Assembly: GCA_963832145.1 (NCBI GenBank) | Contig: CAWHTA010000005.1 | Coordinates: 54,562-118,561 of the forward strand | Direction: 5' to 3' | DNA: 64,000 nucleotides | Source of the DNA: an uncultured Acidobacteriota bacterium | GTDB lineage: Bacteria > Acidobacteriota > Thermoanaerobaculia > UBA5066 > Gp7-AA6 | Part shown: one piece after another, positions 30,041-39,962 of the stretch | How positions within the stretch are numbered: the first letter of the stretch is position 1 | Layout of the letters: each line of letters starts with the position of its first letter | Program-made: the position numbers and the translations under genes | Notes under the pieces: generated by a model | Told to the model about the DNA's origin: nothing | Database searches by the model: none | What the model saw: only the letters and a program-made list of their open reading frames with translations

Positions 30041-30398
30041 GAAATCCTCCTTTCGTTCGCAACGCCCCGGACCCATTGTCCGGCGCTAAAGAAAAACAGC
30101 AAGCTTGTGAAAGCGACTGAATCGACGACGCTGGAAAACGGCTGTGTTTACCGGCCTTTTCTCAATGCGAACGACGAAGCCGAAGCTGTCACGAGCTCGG
30201 GGCCCCACCAAAAAACGAGGGGGTTTCCACCAGGTGAAAAACGAATCGGTGACATTCGACCATAGATCCGATCAGCCATGACAAGAAATCTTTCAGTCCA
30301 TTGGTCGTACGACTAAGGTCGTAGAGAGAGGATAACACCTCTCGGGACTCTCGGAGCGAGGAAAGAGGGGTGAATATCGAGAAGGCGGGAGGTGGGGT

Positions 30399-31864
30399 CT
30401 ACCCGTTGGCCACGAGAGCCCGGAGGAGCCGATCCTGGTACTCCTGACCCTGCCAGTCGCTGATGCCCCGGCCGTTGAGCAGGATCGCGAAAACGTAAGT
30501 CCTCCCGGAGCGGCCTTTCGCGTAGCCGGCAAGGGTCGAGACCCTCTCCAGACTGCCCGTTTTGGCCAGGACCTGCCCACGGGTCGTGGGATCCTTCAGG
30601 CGGTGCCGGAGGGTCCCGGCGCTATCCCCCGCTACCGCGAGGGTGTTCCTCCAGAGCTCTCCGTGGGGATGGCGATCCATCGCCCTCAGGAACCGGACCA
30701 GGTCCGCGGCGGCCGCCCGGTTCCCTGACGACAGGCCGGAGCCGTCCCGCAGCTGATACCGGTCGGCGTCCAGCCCCAGCGCCACGAGGAACTCCTTCAC
30801 GAGGACGACGGAGCCGGCCCACGTCCCCTGCCCGGTCTTCGCCGCCGAAAGCGTCTTGAAGATCTGCTCGGCGTAGAACCCCTGGCTCCTCTTGTTGCAG
30901 ACCTCCAGGGTCGGGATCAGGTCGGATTCCGTGGTGGCGACCTGCGTCCAGCCCGTGTCCGGTTTCGTTCCGCTTTCGATCACGCGGCCGGTCACCGCGA
31001 TCCCGGCGTTCTCGAGCCGCTTCCTCAGCGCCTTTCCAAAGTACTCGGGCGGGCGGTCGATCGTGATCGGGGTCGACCACCAGGCCCGCCGCAGCGGAAC
31101 CGTGCCCGACACGGTGACGGCGTTCGAGCCCGCGGCCCGCGAGACGGCGACCCGCACGCGACCGCGGCGCCCGACGGTTCGTGCGAGCGGCACGGGGCGC
31201 AGGATGTCGACGGGGGGCTCGATCGAAACCCCGGCTGGCCTCCCGGCTCGGGACCCGGGGCGGACCGAAACCAGGACGACGTTGTCGTTGTACGAAAGGG
31301 CGGAGATCGGCGCCTGGTACCAGCGCGACTCCTGTCCCGCCGGCCAGTCCGGATGGCGGGCCATCGAGTCGAAGAAGCTCGCGTTCAGGAGGAGGTCTCC
31401 CGTCACCCGCGTCACGCCCGCCTGTCGAAGCCCTTCCGCCCAGCGGTCGAACACGGCGTTGATGTCGTCTCCGTAGAACCGCCCCGAGATGTTGGGATCG
31501 CCCCCTCCGACGACAAGGAGAGACCCCGTGAGGTTGCCCTGCTCGATGGGTCCATGCCTCCAGAAGGTCGTGTGGAACTTGAAGTCCGGCCCGAGATAAT
31601 GAATCGCGGCCGCAGTGGTAATGAGCTTCGTGATCGAGGCGATGGTCTGCGGAGCGTCGGGGTTCCGATCGTAGATCACCTCCCCCGTCTGCTGATCCGC
31701 GATCTGGACGGAAACGCCGCCGCGGGAGCCCCGGCACGCGCAGAGAAGCGCGATCGAGCGCCGCGCGAAGCAGAGCGACTTCCTGGGGCGCAGCCGGGAC
31801 CGGCAAGCGAGAAGACGAGAAGGGCCGCTCCGACGCTCCGGAGCGAGGCGAGAGGTCGTGACAC
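30399..31864 (-). CDS. dacB: D-Ala-D-Ala carboxypeptidase/endopeptidase PBP4 (5' frameshift)
   Basis: ASITK (SxxK), GGGDP, DGSGLS and KTGSL. Confidence 0.92.
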
Positions 31865-31922
31865 TGGAGAATTATAGTCGCTTGTGGGCTGACTCTCGCC
31901 GACAATCGATCCGGAGGCCTCT

Positions 31923-34336
31923 CTGAGATTCGACGCCGATTCGAAGACGTTCGAGGTTTCGGTGCGCGAGCTCGCCGAGGAAGAAGGATTCCGGCGCGTC
32001 GGGTTCGATCGCGGTGACGGATGGCGGCGCCTCGGACTCGGGACCGAAGTTCACTCGCGCGTTCTCGCTCTGCGCCTCGAGACTCATGCCGCCTACCGCT
32101 GCGAAGGTGCACCTCCAGGCGCGCGTGCCGGTCGAGGACTGGACCGCGGTGCTGACCGGCCGTCTCGACGGCTGCGTGGAACGCGCGAAAGACTCGTGGC
32201 TGATCGAGGAGTTCAAGTCCGCCTATCTCTCGTCCGAAGGCTTTCGCTCTTCGGGATACGGGGTCGAGCGCGATCGACGGCAGCTTCTCGGTTACTGCTA
32301 TCTCTGGCGCCGACTCGGACACCCGCACGTCACCGGGGCGCTCGTCTACGTCGACATCGCGACCGGCGAAGAGCTCTCGCTCGCGGTCCCCTACGACGAC
32401 GAACAGTACGATCGGGACGTCGAGGCGCGCCTACACGCCTTTCTCCGCGCCTGGAAGGCCCGCGCCAAAGCGCGGGCGCGGAAAGCCGCTGCGGCGGATC
32501 GGCTCCCCTTTCCACACGCCGCCGCCCGACCGATCCAGGAGAAGCTGATGGAGGCGGTCGGACTGCGCGATCGCGCAGGGAGAAGTCCTGCTCGCAGAGG
32601 CTCCGACCGGCTCCGGAAAGACGGCCGCCGCCCTCCACCCGGCCATGGCGGCCGGGCTCCGCACGGGGAGGCAGGTGGTCTTCCTCACGTCCAAGACGCT
32701 GCAGCAGAAGATGGCGGTCTCCGCTCTGACGGCCATGAACGAGCGTGCGTTCCACACCCTCCAGGTCCGCGCGAAAGAGAAGATGTGCGCGAACGACCGG
32801 ATCCTCTGCCACGAGGACTTCTGCCGCTTCGCCAGGAACTATCCCGAGAAGATGGCGCGCTCCAACATCCTCGGACGCCTTCGCGACTCGTACCCGCATC
32901 AGGATCCGGACGTCGTCTTCGAGGAAGCGCGGCGCGAGGAGGTCTGTCCGTTCGAAGTGCAGCTCGAGCTCGCGCAGCGCGCCGACGCAATCGTGGCGGA
33001 CTACAACTACGTCTTCGAGCCGGGCGTCGCCATGCGCCACCTGATCGGCGAGCAGCTGAAGGACGCCATCCTGATCGTGGACGAGGCGCACAACCTGCCC
33101 GATCGTGCCCGGCAGATCTTCTCTCCCGAGCTTCTGGAGGAGGACCTCGCTTTCGCTCGAAAACGGCCTGGCGCTTCAGCCCGGCGACCTCTTCGGGGAC
33201 CTCGTTGCGAGCGTTCGACGACCTCCTCGCAATCCTCGCGGCGACGGCGGAGGAGCTCCCCGAAGGAGACGCGATCGCGGAGGTCACCCCTCCCGCGGAC
33301 GCGATCCGCGCGCTGGCGCGCCGAGTGGGAGCCCCGGCTGCTGCGCTATCTCGAGTGGAAGCGGGACACGCGGGCCGGCCCTTCCCGAGGATCCCATCCT
33401 CGACCTGCACTTCACCCTTCTTCGACTGGCCGCCGTTCTGAACCTCTACGGGCCGGACTTCGCCTGTGTCGTCGAGAGGCGGGCGTCCGGACTTCGGCTC
33501 GCGCTCGTGTGCCTCGACCCGGCGCGCGCGGTGGGCCCCGTGTTCCGTTCCGCGTTCTCCGCCGTCCTCATGTCCGCGACGCTCGCCCCGCATTCCGCGA
33601 TCCAGCGTCTCCTCGGTCTGCCCGACACGCGAACCGGATCGATCTCGCTGCCGCCCCCGTTCCCGCGGGAGAACCGAAAGGTACTGATCGTGCCGAAGGT
33701 CAGGACCACGTTCGCGGCCCGCGAAAAGAACTACGCTCCGCATCGCGAAGCTTCTCGCCGAGATGTCCGACGCGCACACGGGGAATGACCTCGTGCTGTT
33801 TCCCTCCTATCGATTCCTCGCGTCGGTTGCCGAGAGGATGCCGCCGACCCGCGCGAAACTGCTCGTTCAGCGGGCCGACCTCACCGCTTTCGAACGGCAG
33901 CGCGTGCTCGCCGCGCTCACTTCGCCGCCACCCGAGGGGATCCTGCTGTTCGCGGTGTCGGGTGGGATGTACGCCGAGGGCGTGGACTATCCCGGAGACG
34001 TGCTCTCCGGGGTCTTCGTCGTCTCGCCGGCGCTTCCCCAGGTGTCCTTCGAGCGAGAGCTTCTCCGGCGGTACTTCGAGGAGCGTGAGGAGGCCGGCTT
34101 CGACTACGCCTACCTGCAGCCGGGAATGACGCGGGTCGTTCAGGCGGCGGGCCGGCTGATTCGAAGCGAGACGGACCGCGGCGTCATCGCCCTTCTCTGC
34201 CGGCGGTTCCTCGAAGAACCCTACGCGAGCCGGCTGCCCCGGGACTGGTACGCGGAGAGCCCGAATCGAGCTCGTCTCCCAGCGGCCTGCCGACGAGATC
34301 CGCGAGTTCTTCGACGGATACGGAAGGCCGTCGTGA
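31923..34336 (+). CDS. DinG/XPD-family Fe-S helicase with N-terminal PD-(D/E)XK nuclease-like domain (frameshifted)
   Basis: GRLDG..IEEFKS, then EAPTGSGKT, KMC..C..C, VCPFE, IVDEAHNL, MSATL, FPSY, EGVDYPG and QAAGRLIRSETDRG. GGAGG followed by a CTG start. Confidence 0.85.
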
Positions 34337-34776
34337 AGTCTTCCTCCGCCCCGAAGAGCCCGCGACTGACTGTGGACGCCTGGGTGCGCGACCCACGCGG
34401 GCGGCTGCTTCTCGTTCGTCGCGGCGGGCCGCCATTCAAGGGGAAGTGGGCGCTGCCCGGCGGTTTCTGCGAGGTGGGAGAGAGGACGGAGGATTGCGGC
34501 GCGCGAGAGGTCGAGGAAGAGACGGGCGTGAAAGTCCGGATCGGAGAGCTCCTCGGCGTTTACTCCGATCCGAAGCGGGACCCGCGCGGCCACACCGTGA
34601 CGGTGCTCTACGCGGCACGCCCGATAAAGGGGGTCGCGCCGCGCGGTGGAGACGACGCCGCCGAGGCAAAGTGGTTCACGCGGCGCGAAGTCGCGAAGCT
34701 CGACTTCGCCTTCGATCACCGAAAGATCGCTCGGGAACAGTTCGCGCGCCGCCGGGCGCGCCGCCCGCCTCGCTAG
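34333..34776 (+). CDS. NUDIX hydrolase
   Basis: WALPGGFCEVGE...AREVEEETG Nudix box; RDPRGH. Confidence 0.92.
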   Translation: MKSSSAPKSPRLTVDAWVRDPRGRLLLVRRGGPPFKGKWALPGGFCEVGERTEDCGAREVEEETGVKVRIGELLGVYSDPKRDPRGHTVTVLYAARPIKGVAPRGGDDAAEAKWFTRREVAKLDFAFDHRKIAREQFARRRARRPPR

Positions 34777-35534
34777 GGGACGACCGGCTCGACCGACGGG
34801 GGCGCGGCCTCCGCGCGGGCGGCACGGCGCCGCTCGAGAATGAACTGCTCGCGCGCCGCGTCGAACTTGACCTTGTGGCGCTCGATCTGGGCGACCGCTT
34901 CGTCGATCGAGGGGGCGAGCGTCACGAGGTCGAGGTCCGCGGGATCCATGAGGCTGCGCGAAACCATCTCCCGCCGCATCCAGTCGAGCAGTCCTCGCCA
35001 CATGTCGCCGACGAGCACGACGGGACGTTCGGTCAGGAAGCCGACCTGCAGGAGCTGCCACACCATGAAGAGCTCGAGGCTCGTGCCGACGCCGCCCGGA
35101 AAGATCACGAAGGCCTGGGACATCCGCACGAAGTGGTGGAGCCGCGAGAAGAACGTGCGGTGCGCCGTCACCGTGTCGAGGTACGGGTTGGCCTTCTCGT
35201 AGGGAATCGAGATCGTGAGCCCGAACGACCGGGTCTTGCGCGTTCCCCTCGAGGACGCCGCGCCTTCGTTCGCCGCTTCCATCAGCCCGGGCCCGCCCCC
35301 GGTGACGATGTCGCAGCCGATCTCCGTGAGGCGGGAAGCGAGGCCCCGCACTTCGTCGTACTCGCGGTCTCCCGGTCGGATCCGCGCGCTTCCGAAGACG
35401 GCCACCCGGTAGAAGTGAAGCTCGGCGGGCGTAAGCTCTTCGAGCTCCTCGATCGTGTTCCACAGGCGGACGATCGTGCGATCGATGATCTTGCCGACGT
35501 CCGGCTCCCGCCGGACTTTTCGGGTCTCTCTCAT
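34773..35534 (-). CDS. LOG family (Rossmann-fold nucleotide-binding) protein
   Basis: VFGSAR, TGGGPGLMEAANEG and PGGVGTSLE. Confidence 0.9.
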   Translation of the reverse strand: MRETRKVRREPDVGKIIDRTIVRLWNTIEELEELTPAELHFYRVAVFGSARIRPGDREYDEVRGLASRLTEIGCDIVTGGGPGLMEAANEGAASSRGTRKTRSFGLTISIPYEKANPYLDTVTAHRTFFSRLHHFVRMSQAFVIFPGGVGTSLELFMVWQLLQVGFLTERPVVLVGDMWRGLLDWMRREMVSRSLMDPADLDLVTLAPSIDEAVAQIERHKVKFDAAREQFILERRRAARAEAAPPSVEPVVP

Positions 35535-35607
35535 GGTGGGCACTCTCGAATTTTCTCCTCGGCGGGCGCTTTGCGCGCGACCGGAGGGGCGACCGCTCGG
35601 CGGCGCG

Positions 35608-37056
35608 CTATTCGGACGACCGGAGCGTCACCGAGAAGGCCCTGGAAAGGAGACCGTCCTCGGTCACGGCCCAGACCGTGTAGCGGTAAAAGGTCGCCGG
35701 GCTGGCGGCCGGATCCAGGTACGCATAGGCGAACGAATCGGGCGCGCGGGTGGACGAAGGAATGATCTCGGGCCCGGTCCGCGCGATCCGACCGTCGTGC
35801 AGAACTTCCTCACGGAAGATCGCCCAGCCGGCGAGCCCTTCGTGTGATGCGGTGTTCCACGTCAGGCGGGGGCCGTCGGATCCTCCGGTCGCGTACGCGG
35901 TCAGCCCACCGTAGGGGAAAGCCGCCGCGGCCTCGAAGCCCGCGGGCGCCCGCAGCATCCCGCCCGGGAACCCGCCGGCCACGACCCAGTCGAGGCGCGC
36001 CACTCCCCCGAGTGGCACCGTCTTCAGGTCGCCGGGGGACAGGAAGAGGACGTCGGGAGGAAGTGCGGAATCGCGATAACGAACGACCACCGCACCCGGC
36101 GCCGCGTCCTCGGGCCACGAGACGCGCAGCGCGGCGGCGCCGTCGCCGGGCAGATAGGTCCGGTGTCTCAGGGTGAAGCGGGCCGGTGCAGCGGCGTCGA
36201 GAGCGCCCGCCTGAAGGTCGAGGAGACCGACGCGCGAGGGAGTCGCCTCGGGCTCGAGAACCGAATAGAGGCGGGCCGCGAATCGGGCGAGAGGAACCTG
36301 CTCGCCCTCGCCGGTCCGCTCTCCATAGCTCTTCAGGAGGACCGGAAGGATCGGCTCGCCCGCTTCGGACGCCCGCTCCCACGCCTGCAGCAGAAAGCCG
36401 GGGCCCGCCGAGCGGGCGAGCTCTTCGACGAAGAGACGACCGAGCGTGCCGGGGTTCCCTTCGAGCGAGAGCTGCGGAGCCGCCGCGGCGACGAGGATGG
36501 CTTCGACGTCGCCGGCTGCGTCGACCGCCGCAAGGAGCGATGCGGTCGCTTCGGTCAGGAAGGTGCCGTCGGCGACACCATAGCCCTCGAGGGTCGCGAG
36601 CGCGACCTGCAGCGAGACCTCCCGTACGATTCGTTCGGCGGTCAGTCCGCTTCCGTCGAGAAGCACGGCGGGGGCGACGAGGCGACCCCCCTCAACCGAT
36701 CGGGCGGACAGACGGCGGACGCCTTCGGCTTCCTTCCGCGCCACGAAGACGCGGAGGGCCTGGCTTTCGTTGAAGGGATTTCGCCATCCCTGGCGGGTAT
36801 ACAGCTCGTGGAAGAGGCGTCTGATCTCCACGGCGAGGAGGCCCGGCAGCGCCGGATCGTCGGCTTCGTCGAACAGGATCGCCCGGCCCGGCAGGATCGT
36901 CTGAGCCGGCCCGAAATTGCGGTAGGGGCTCTGGATCCAGGCGTCCGACGAGCTGTCGAGCGCTGGCTGGGCGGGGACGGCTGTGGCGAAGGCAAGCAGC
37001 AAGGCACTGATGATCAGCGACTTGCGGGCAGTCAGTCCCCGGTTCTCCGAGCGCAT
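35608..37056 (-). CDS. Hypothetical secreted protein with C-terminal beta-sandwich (FN3-like)
   Basis: Signal peptide; C-terminal YAYLD...YRYTVWAV. Confidence 0.7.
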   Translation of the reverse strand: MRSENRGLTARKSLIISALLLAFATAVPAQPALDSSSDAWIQSPYRNFGPAQTILPGRAILFDEADDPALPGLLAVEIRRLFHELYTRQGWRNPFNESQALRVFVARKEAEGVRRLSARSVEGGRLVAPAVLLDGSGLTAERIVREVSLQVALATLEGYGVADGTFLTEATASLLAAVDAAGDVEAILVAAAAPQLSLEGNPGTLGRLFVEELARSAGPGFLLQAWERASEAGEPILPVLLKSYGERTGEGEQVPLARFAARLYSVLEPEATPSRVGLLDLQAGALDAAAPARFTLRHRTYLPGDGAAALRVSWPEDAAPGAVVVRYRDSALPPDVLFLSPGDLKTVPLGGVARLDWVVAGGFPGGMLRAPAGFEAAAAFPYGGLTAYATGGSDGPRLTWNTASHEGLAGWAIFREEVLHDGRIARTGPEIIPSSTRAPDSFAYAYLDPAASPATFYRYTVWAVTEDGLLSRAFSVTLRSSE

Positions 37057-37173
37057 GGTTTTTCAGAATAGTCGTCGGGCACCGGCCCGTCAATCGTTTT
37101 ACGGCCCGAACGGGGAACTCGTTGGGGCGAACGAGAGGGAGGGCGGGGCCCGAGGGGCGCCTCCGGAACGCTC

Positions 37174-37992
37174 CTAGGCGACGGCGGGAGTGCTGCCGCT
37201 CGCCCGCTTGCTCGACGCCGGCACCGTGACCACCACGACGGTGATGTTGTCGACGCCCCCCCGCTCGTTGGCGGTGTCCACGAGCTTGCGGCAGAGGTCC
37301 TGGGGCGTCGGCTCCTCCGCTGCGAGGTCGTGGATCTCCTCGTCGGAAAGCATGGTCGTCAGGCCGTCGGAGCAGAAGATGAACTCGTCTCCCGGCTCGA
37401 ACGAAAGCTCCTTGAGGTCGGGCGACACCGATGGGCCGCCGCCGAGGGCCCGAGTCACGACGTTCTTCAGGGGGTGCGTCTTCGCTTCTTCCTCGGTCAG
37501 GATTCCGGCCGTGACCTGCTCGTGGACCCAGGAGTGGTCGTCGGTCAGCCGCGAGAGCTCGCCGTCGCGGAAGAGATAAGCGCGGCTGTCGCCGACGTGG
37601 GCGAGCGAGAGCGTCTTTTCGTTGATGAGACCCGCGACCACCGTCGTGCCCATCCCCTTCAACCAGGGCTGTGCCGCAACGGCCGCCATGACGCGCTCGT
37701 TCGCCTTTTCGATCGCGATCGCCAGCCGGTTGCTGTTGAACTGAAGCTGGTGGTCGTACCGGAACGGCCACGTCGCCTCTTCCTTCTGTCGCGTCGCGGC
37801 GATGAACTCTCCGATCGTCTCGACGGTGATCTTCGCCGCGACCTCGCCCGCTGCGTGTCCCCCCATGCCATCGGCGACGATGAAGAGACCCTCGGAGACG
37901 TCGAGCGCATAGGCGTCTTCGTTGTGCTTCCGCTTTCGTCCAACGTCGGTCAGACCGAAAGCCTCAACGGGAGTCATTGCGCCGCTCGCCAT
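37174..37992 (-). CDS. PP2C-type Ser/Thr phosphatase (Stp1/PrpC)
   Basis: RKHNEDA, VADGMGGH, GMGTT, HVGDSRAY, CSDGL and GGVDNIT. Confidence 0.95.
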   Translation of the reverse strand: MASGAMTPVEAFGLTDVGRKRKHNEDAYALDVSEGLFIVADGMGGHAAGEVAAKITVETIGEFIAATRQKEEATWPFRYDHQLQFNSNRLAIAIEKANERVMAAVAAQPWLKGMGTTVVAGLINEKTLSLAHVGDSRAYLFRDGELSRLTDDHSWVHEQVTAGILTEEEAKTHPLKNVVTRALGGGPSVSPDLKELSFEPGDEFIFCSDGLTTMLSDEEIHDLAAEEPTPQDLCRKLVDTANERGGVDNITVVVVTVPASSKRASGSTPAVA

Positions 37993-38057
37993 CGATCAGG
38001 AAAGCCCTGAAGAGTCGAGCTCGCCAGGGCGCAGTCCGTCCGCTTCGGGCGCGAACG

Positions 38058-38677
38058 TCACGCTTTCACCGCGCGCTCCGCTCGGACTTCCTCGAGCGCC
38101 CGGCGCGCGTCGGACTGCGCAGGGTCCCAGCTCACGGCGTCCTGAAATGACTTCTCGGCTTTCGAAAGGAGTCCCGCCTGGCGAAAGATTTTGCCGGCGT
38201 CCTTCAACAGCACGACGTTGTGCGGATCGAGGGCGACCGCGGTCTCCAGTGCCTTGACCGCCGCTCGGAGATCTCCGGCGCGGGCCGACGCGAGCCCCAG
38301 ATGGTGGTGGGCCCGCGCATCCTTCGGGTCCTTGCGAGCCGCGAGCGCGAAGTTCCCCGCCGCTTCGGTGAAGGCGCCGGAGCGGTACGCGCTGTTCCCC
38401 TGCTCCATGTAGTCGGCAACGACCGGGTCGACGTCGGACGCTCCGTGCGACGCGAGCGCCATTTCGCGGTCGTACGCCTGCCGCCGGTCCTCGTTGCAGA
38501 GGACGTTCAGCGCTTCAGTCAGCGACTGGAACCGGGCTTCGGCTTCCGCCTTCAGTCCGGGCGGCGCGAGGTCGGGATGGGCTTCGCGCGCGAGCGAACG
38601 AAAGCGCTCGCGGATTTCACTCTCGCTGGCCTCCGGCCAACGCCGAGCAGCGCGTAGTAGTCGTCGGTCTGGAACAT
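38058..38677 (-). CDS. J-domain + TPR protein (frameshifted)
   Basis: DYYALLGV..., HPD in AREAHPD, then TPRs in ORF 38058-38462. Confidence 0.8.
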
Positions 38678-38845
38678 GTCTTCCGAGTCGATCGAAGATC
38701 GAGGGTCCTCGGCACTAACATAAGGGATAAGGCTGCATCGGAGCAAGCGAGGCCTTTGTGCCGACGGTCACGTTTGCGAAACGATGCCCGAAATCGGCCG
38801 AGCCCTTGCGGTCGCGACTGCGGCAGGGTCAACGCCGGTCGAGAA

Positions 38846-39949
38846 TCACCGCCGCTTGTCGACGAGGATCCGCCGAGCGGTCGTTCGGATGACCGGCGCG
38901 AGGTTGCGATCCCGGAACACCGACCGCAGATCCCGCACCGACAAACGCTTCACGAGCGGCAGCGAGACGTCGAGCGGTACCCTCGGGTTGCGCACGAGCG
39001 CAATCGTGACGGCCGGGCGGCGCATCCACTCCCGGTTCTTCGTGATTCGGCGGTAGAGCTCCTCGTCGAGGTTTCTCATCGCCGCGAAGGCTTCGACCTC
39101 GTTGTCCGTGAGGGCACGCGACTTGAGGACCGCCAGGCCAATGAGCTTGTTCGTGTCGCCGATCAGGATGCGGCGCTCCTCACGGCTCCCTTTGTACGCG
39201 AGGTCGATTTTCTGGGAGATGGTCATGAGCGCGATCCGGCGGTACACGGCACCGACGAAGAGCGAGCTGTCGTCTTCCTCGGCGGCGCTCTCCGGAGTCT
39301 CCCCCTCTCCTTCGTCGGCGAGTTCGGTGTCTTCGTCGAGATCGAGGTCGAGGTCCGCTTCTTCGTCGACCGCCCCCGTGGCCGCTACGGATTCCGCGGA
39401 CTGATCGGCGCGTTGAGCTTCGAGCTGAAGCCGTCGCCTCCCCTTGTCCTGGAACTCCTCGGTGAACTCCGCGAGGAGCCTCCGCCCTTCCGCCGACAAT
39501 CCGGGGTTGCCGAGGAGAGCAGGGAGCAGCGCCGGTTGGGAGATGAGCCTCGCCTGGTTCGCGATGAGCGCGTCCTGCGGCCGGCCGGTCGCCGTCTCGG
39601 CGAGGTACAGAAGGGTCGCATCGCCGACGACTCGCGACCGTACGACCTCCTCGAGAACGAAAGGATCGTCCGCTTCGTGCGCGAGCACGTCGAGCTCCTC
39701 GGTCGATGGGGGTGCGCTCTTGACGAACGCGACGAGCCGGTCGGGAGGCTGCTCTCGAAGGGTCTGGCGTGCAATTGCCGCGTATTCCGGCTCGGGATCG
39801 CTCACCACCGCGAGAAGCGCGCGGAGGGCGTCTGCGGGCTCGAGGGGGAGAAGGCCGCGCGCCGCAAATGCGCGGATCTCCGCGGGCGCGGCGCCGCTGC
39901 GAAGCAGGGCGACGAGATCTTCGGAACCCGGGAGACCGGTGCTGCTCAA
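38846..39949 (-). CDS. Conserved hypothetical helical-repeat protein
   Basis: 368-codon ORF with an acidic linker and C-terminal ALVRNPRVPLDVSLPLV repeat. Confidence 0.75.
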   Translation of the reverse strand: MSSTGLPGSEDLVALLRSGAAPAEIRAFAARGLLPLEPADALRALLAVVSDPEPEYAAIARQTLREQPPDRLVAFVKSAPPSTEELDVLAHEADDPFVLEEVVRSRVVGDATLLYLAETATGRPQDALIANQARLISQPALLPALLGNPGLSAEGRRLLAEFTEEFQDKGRRRLQLEAQRADQSAESVAATGAVDEEADLDLDLDEDTELADEGEGETPESAAEEDDSSLFVGAVYRRIALMTISQKIDLAYKGSREERRILIGDTNKLIGLAVLKSRALTDNEVEAFAAMRNLDEELYRRITKNREWMRRPAVTIALVRNPRVPLDVSLPLVKRLSVRDLRSVFRDRNLAPVIRTTARRILVDKRR

Positions 39950-39962
39950 CTCGAGCGGGAGA

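Noticed and set aside
28265-30111. TTGTGAA/TTCACAA sequences near 28265, 29955 and 30105 as Rex sites
   Set aside because: Half-sites only, with no palindromic partner at 4-bp spacing.
29759-30265. 168-aa plus-strand ORF across the island's upstream region
   Set aside because: No SD or motif, and it overlaps the minus-strand gene, micro-ORF and promoter features.
30278-30316. Plus-strand 12-aa ORF MTRNLSVHWSYD
   Set aside because: No SD or other support, unlike the 30008-30040 micro-ORF.
26278-30398. Island as prophage, IS or integrative element
   Set aside because: No integrase, transposase, tRNA target or terminal repeats were found.
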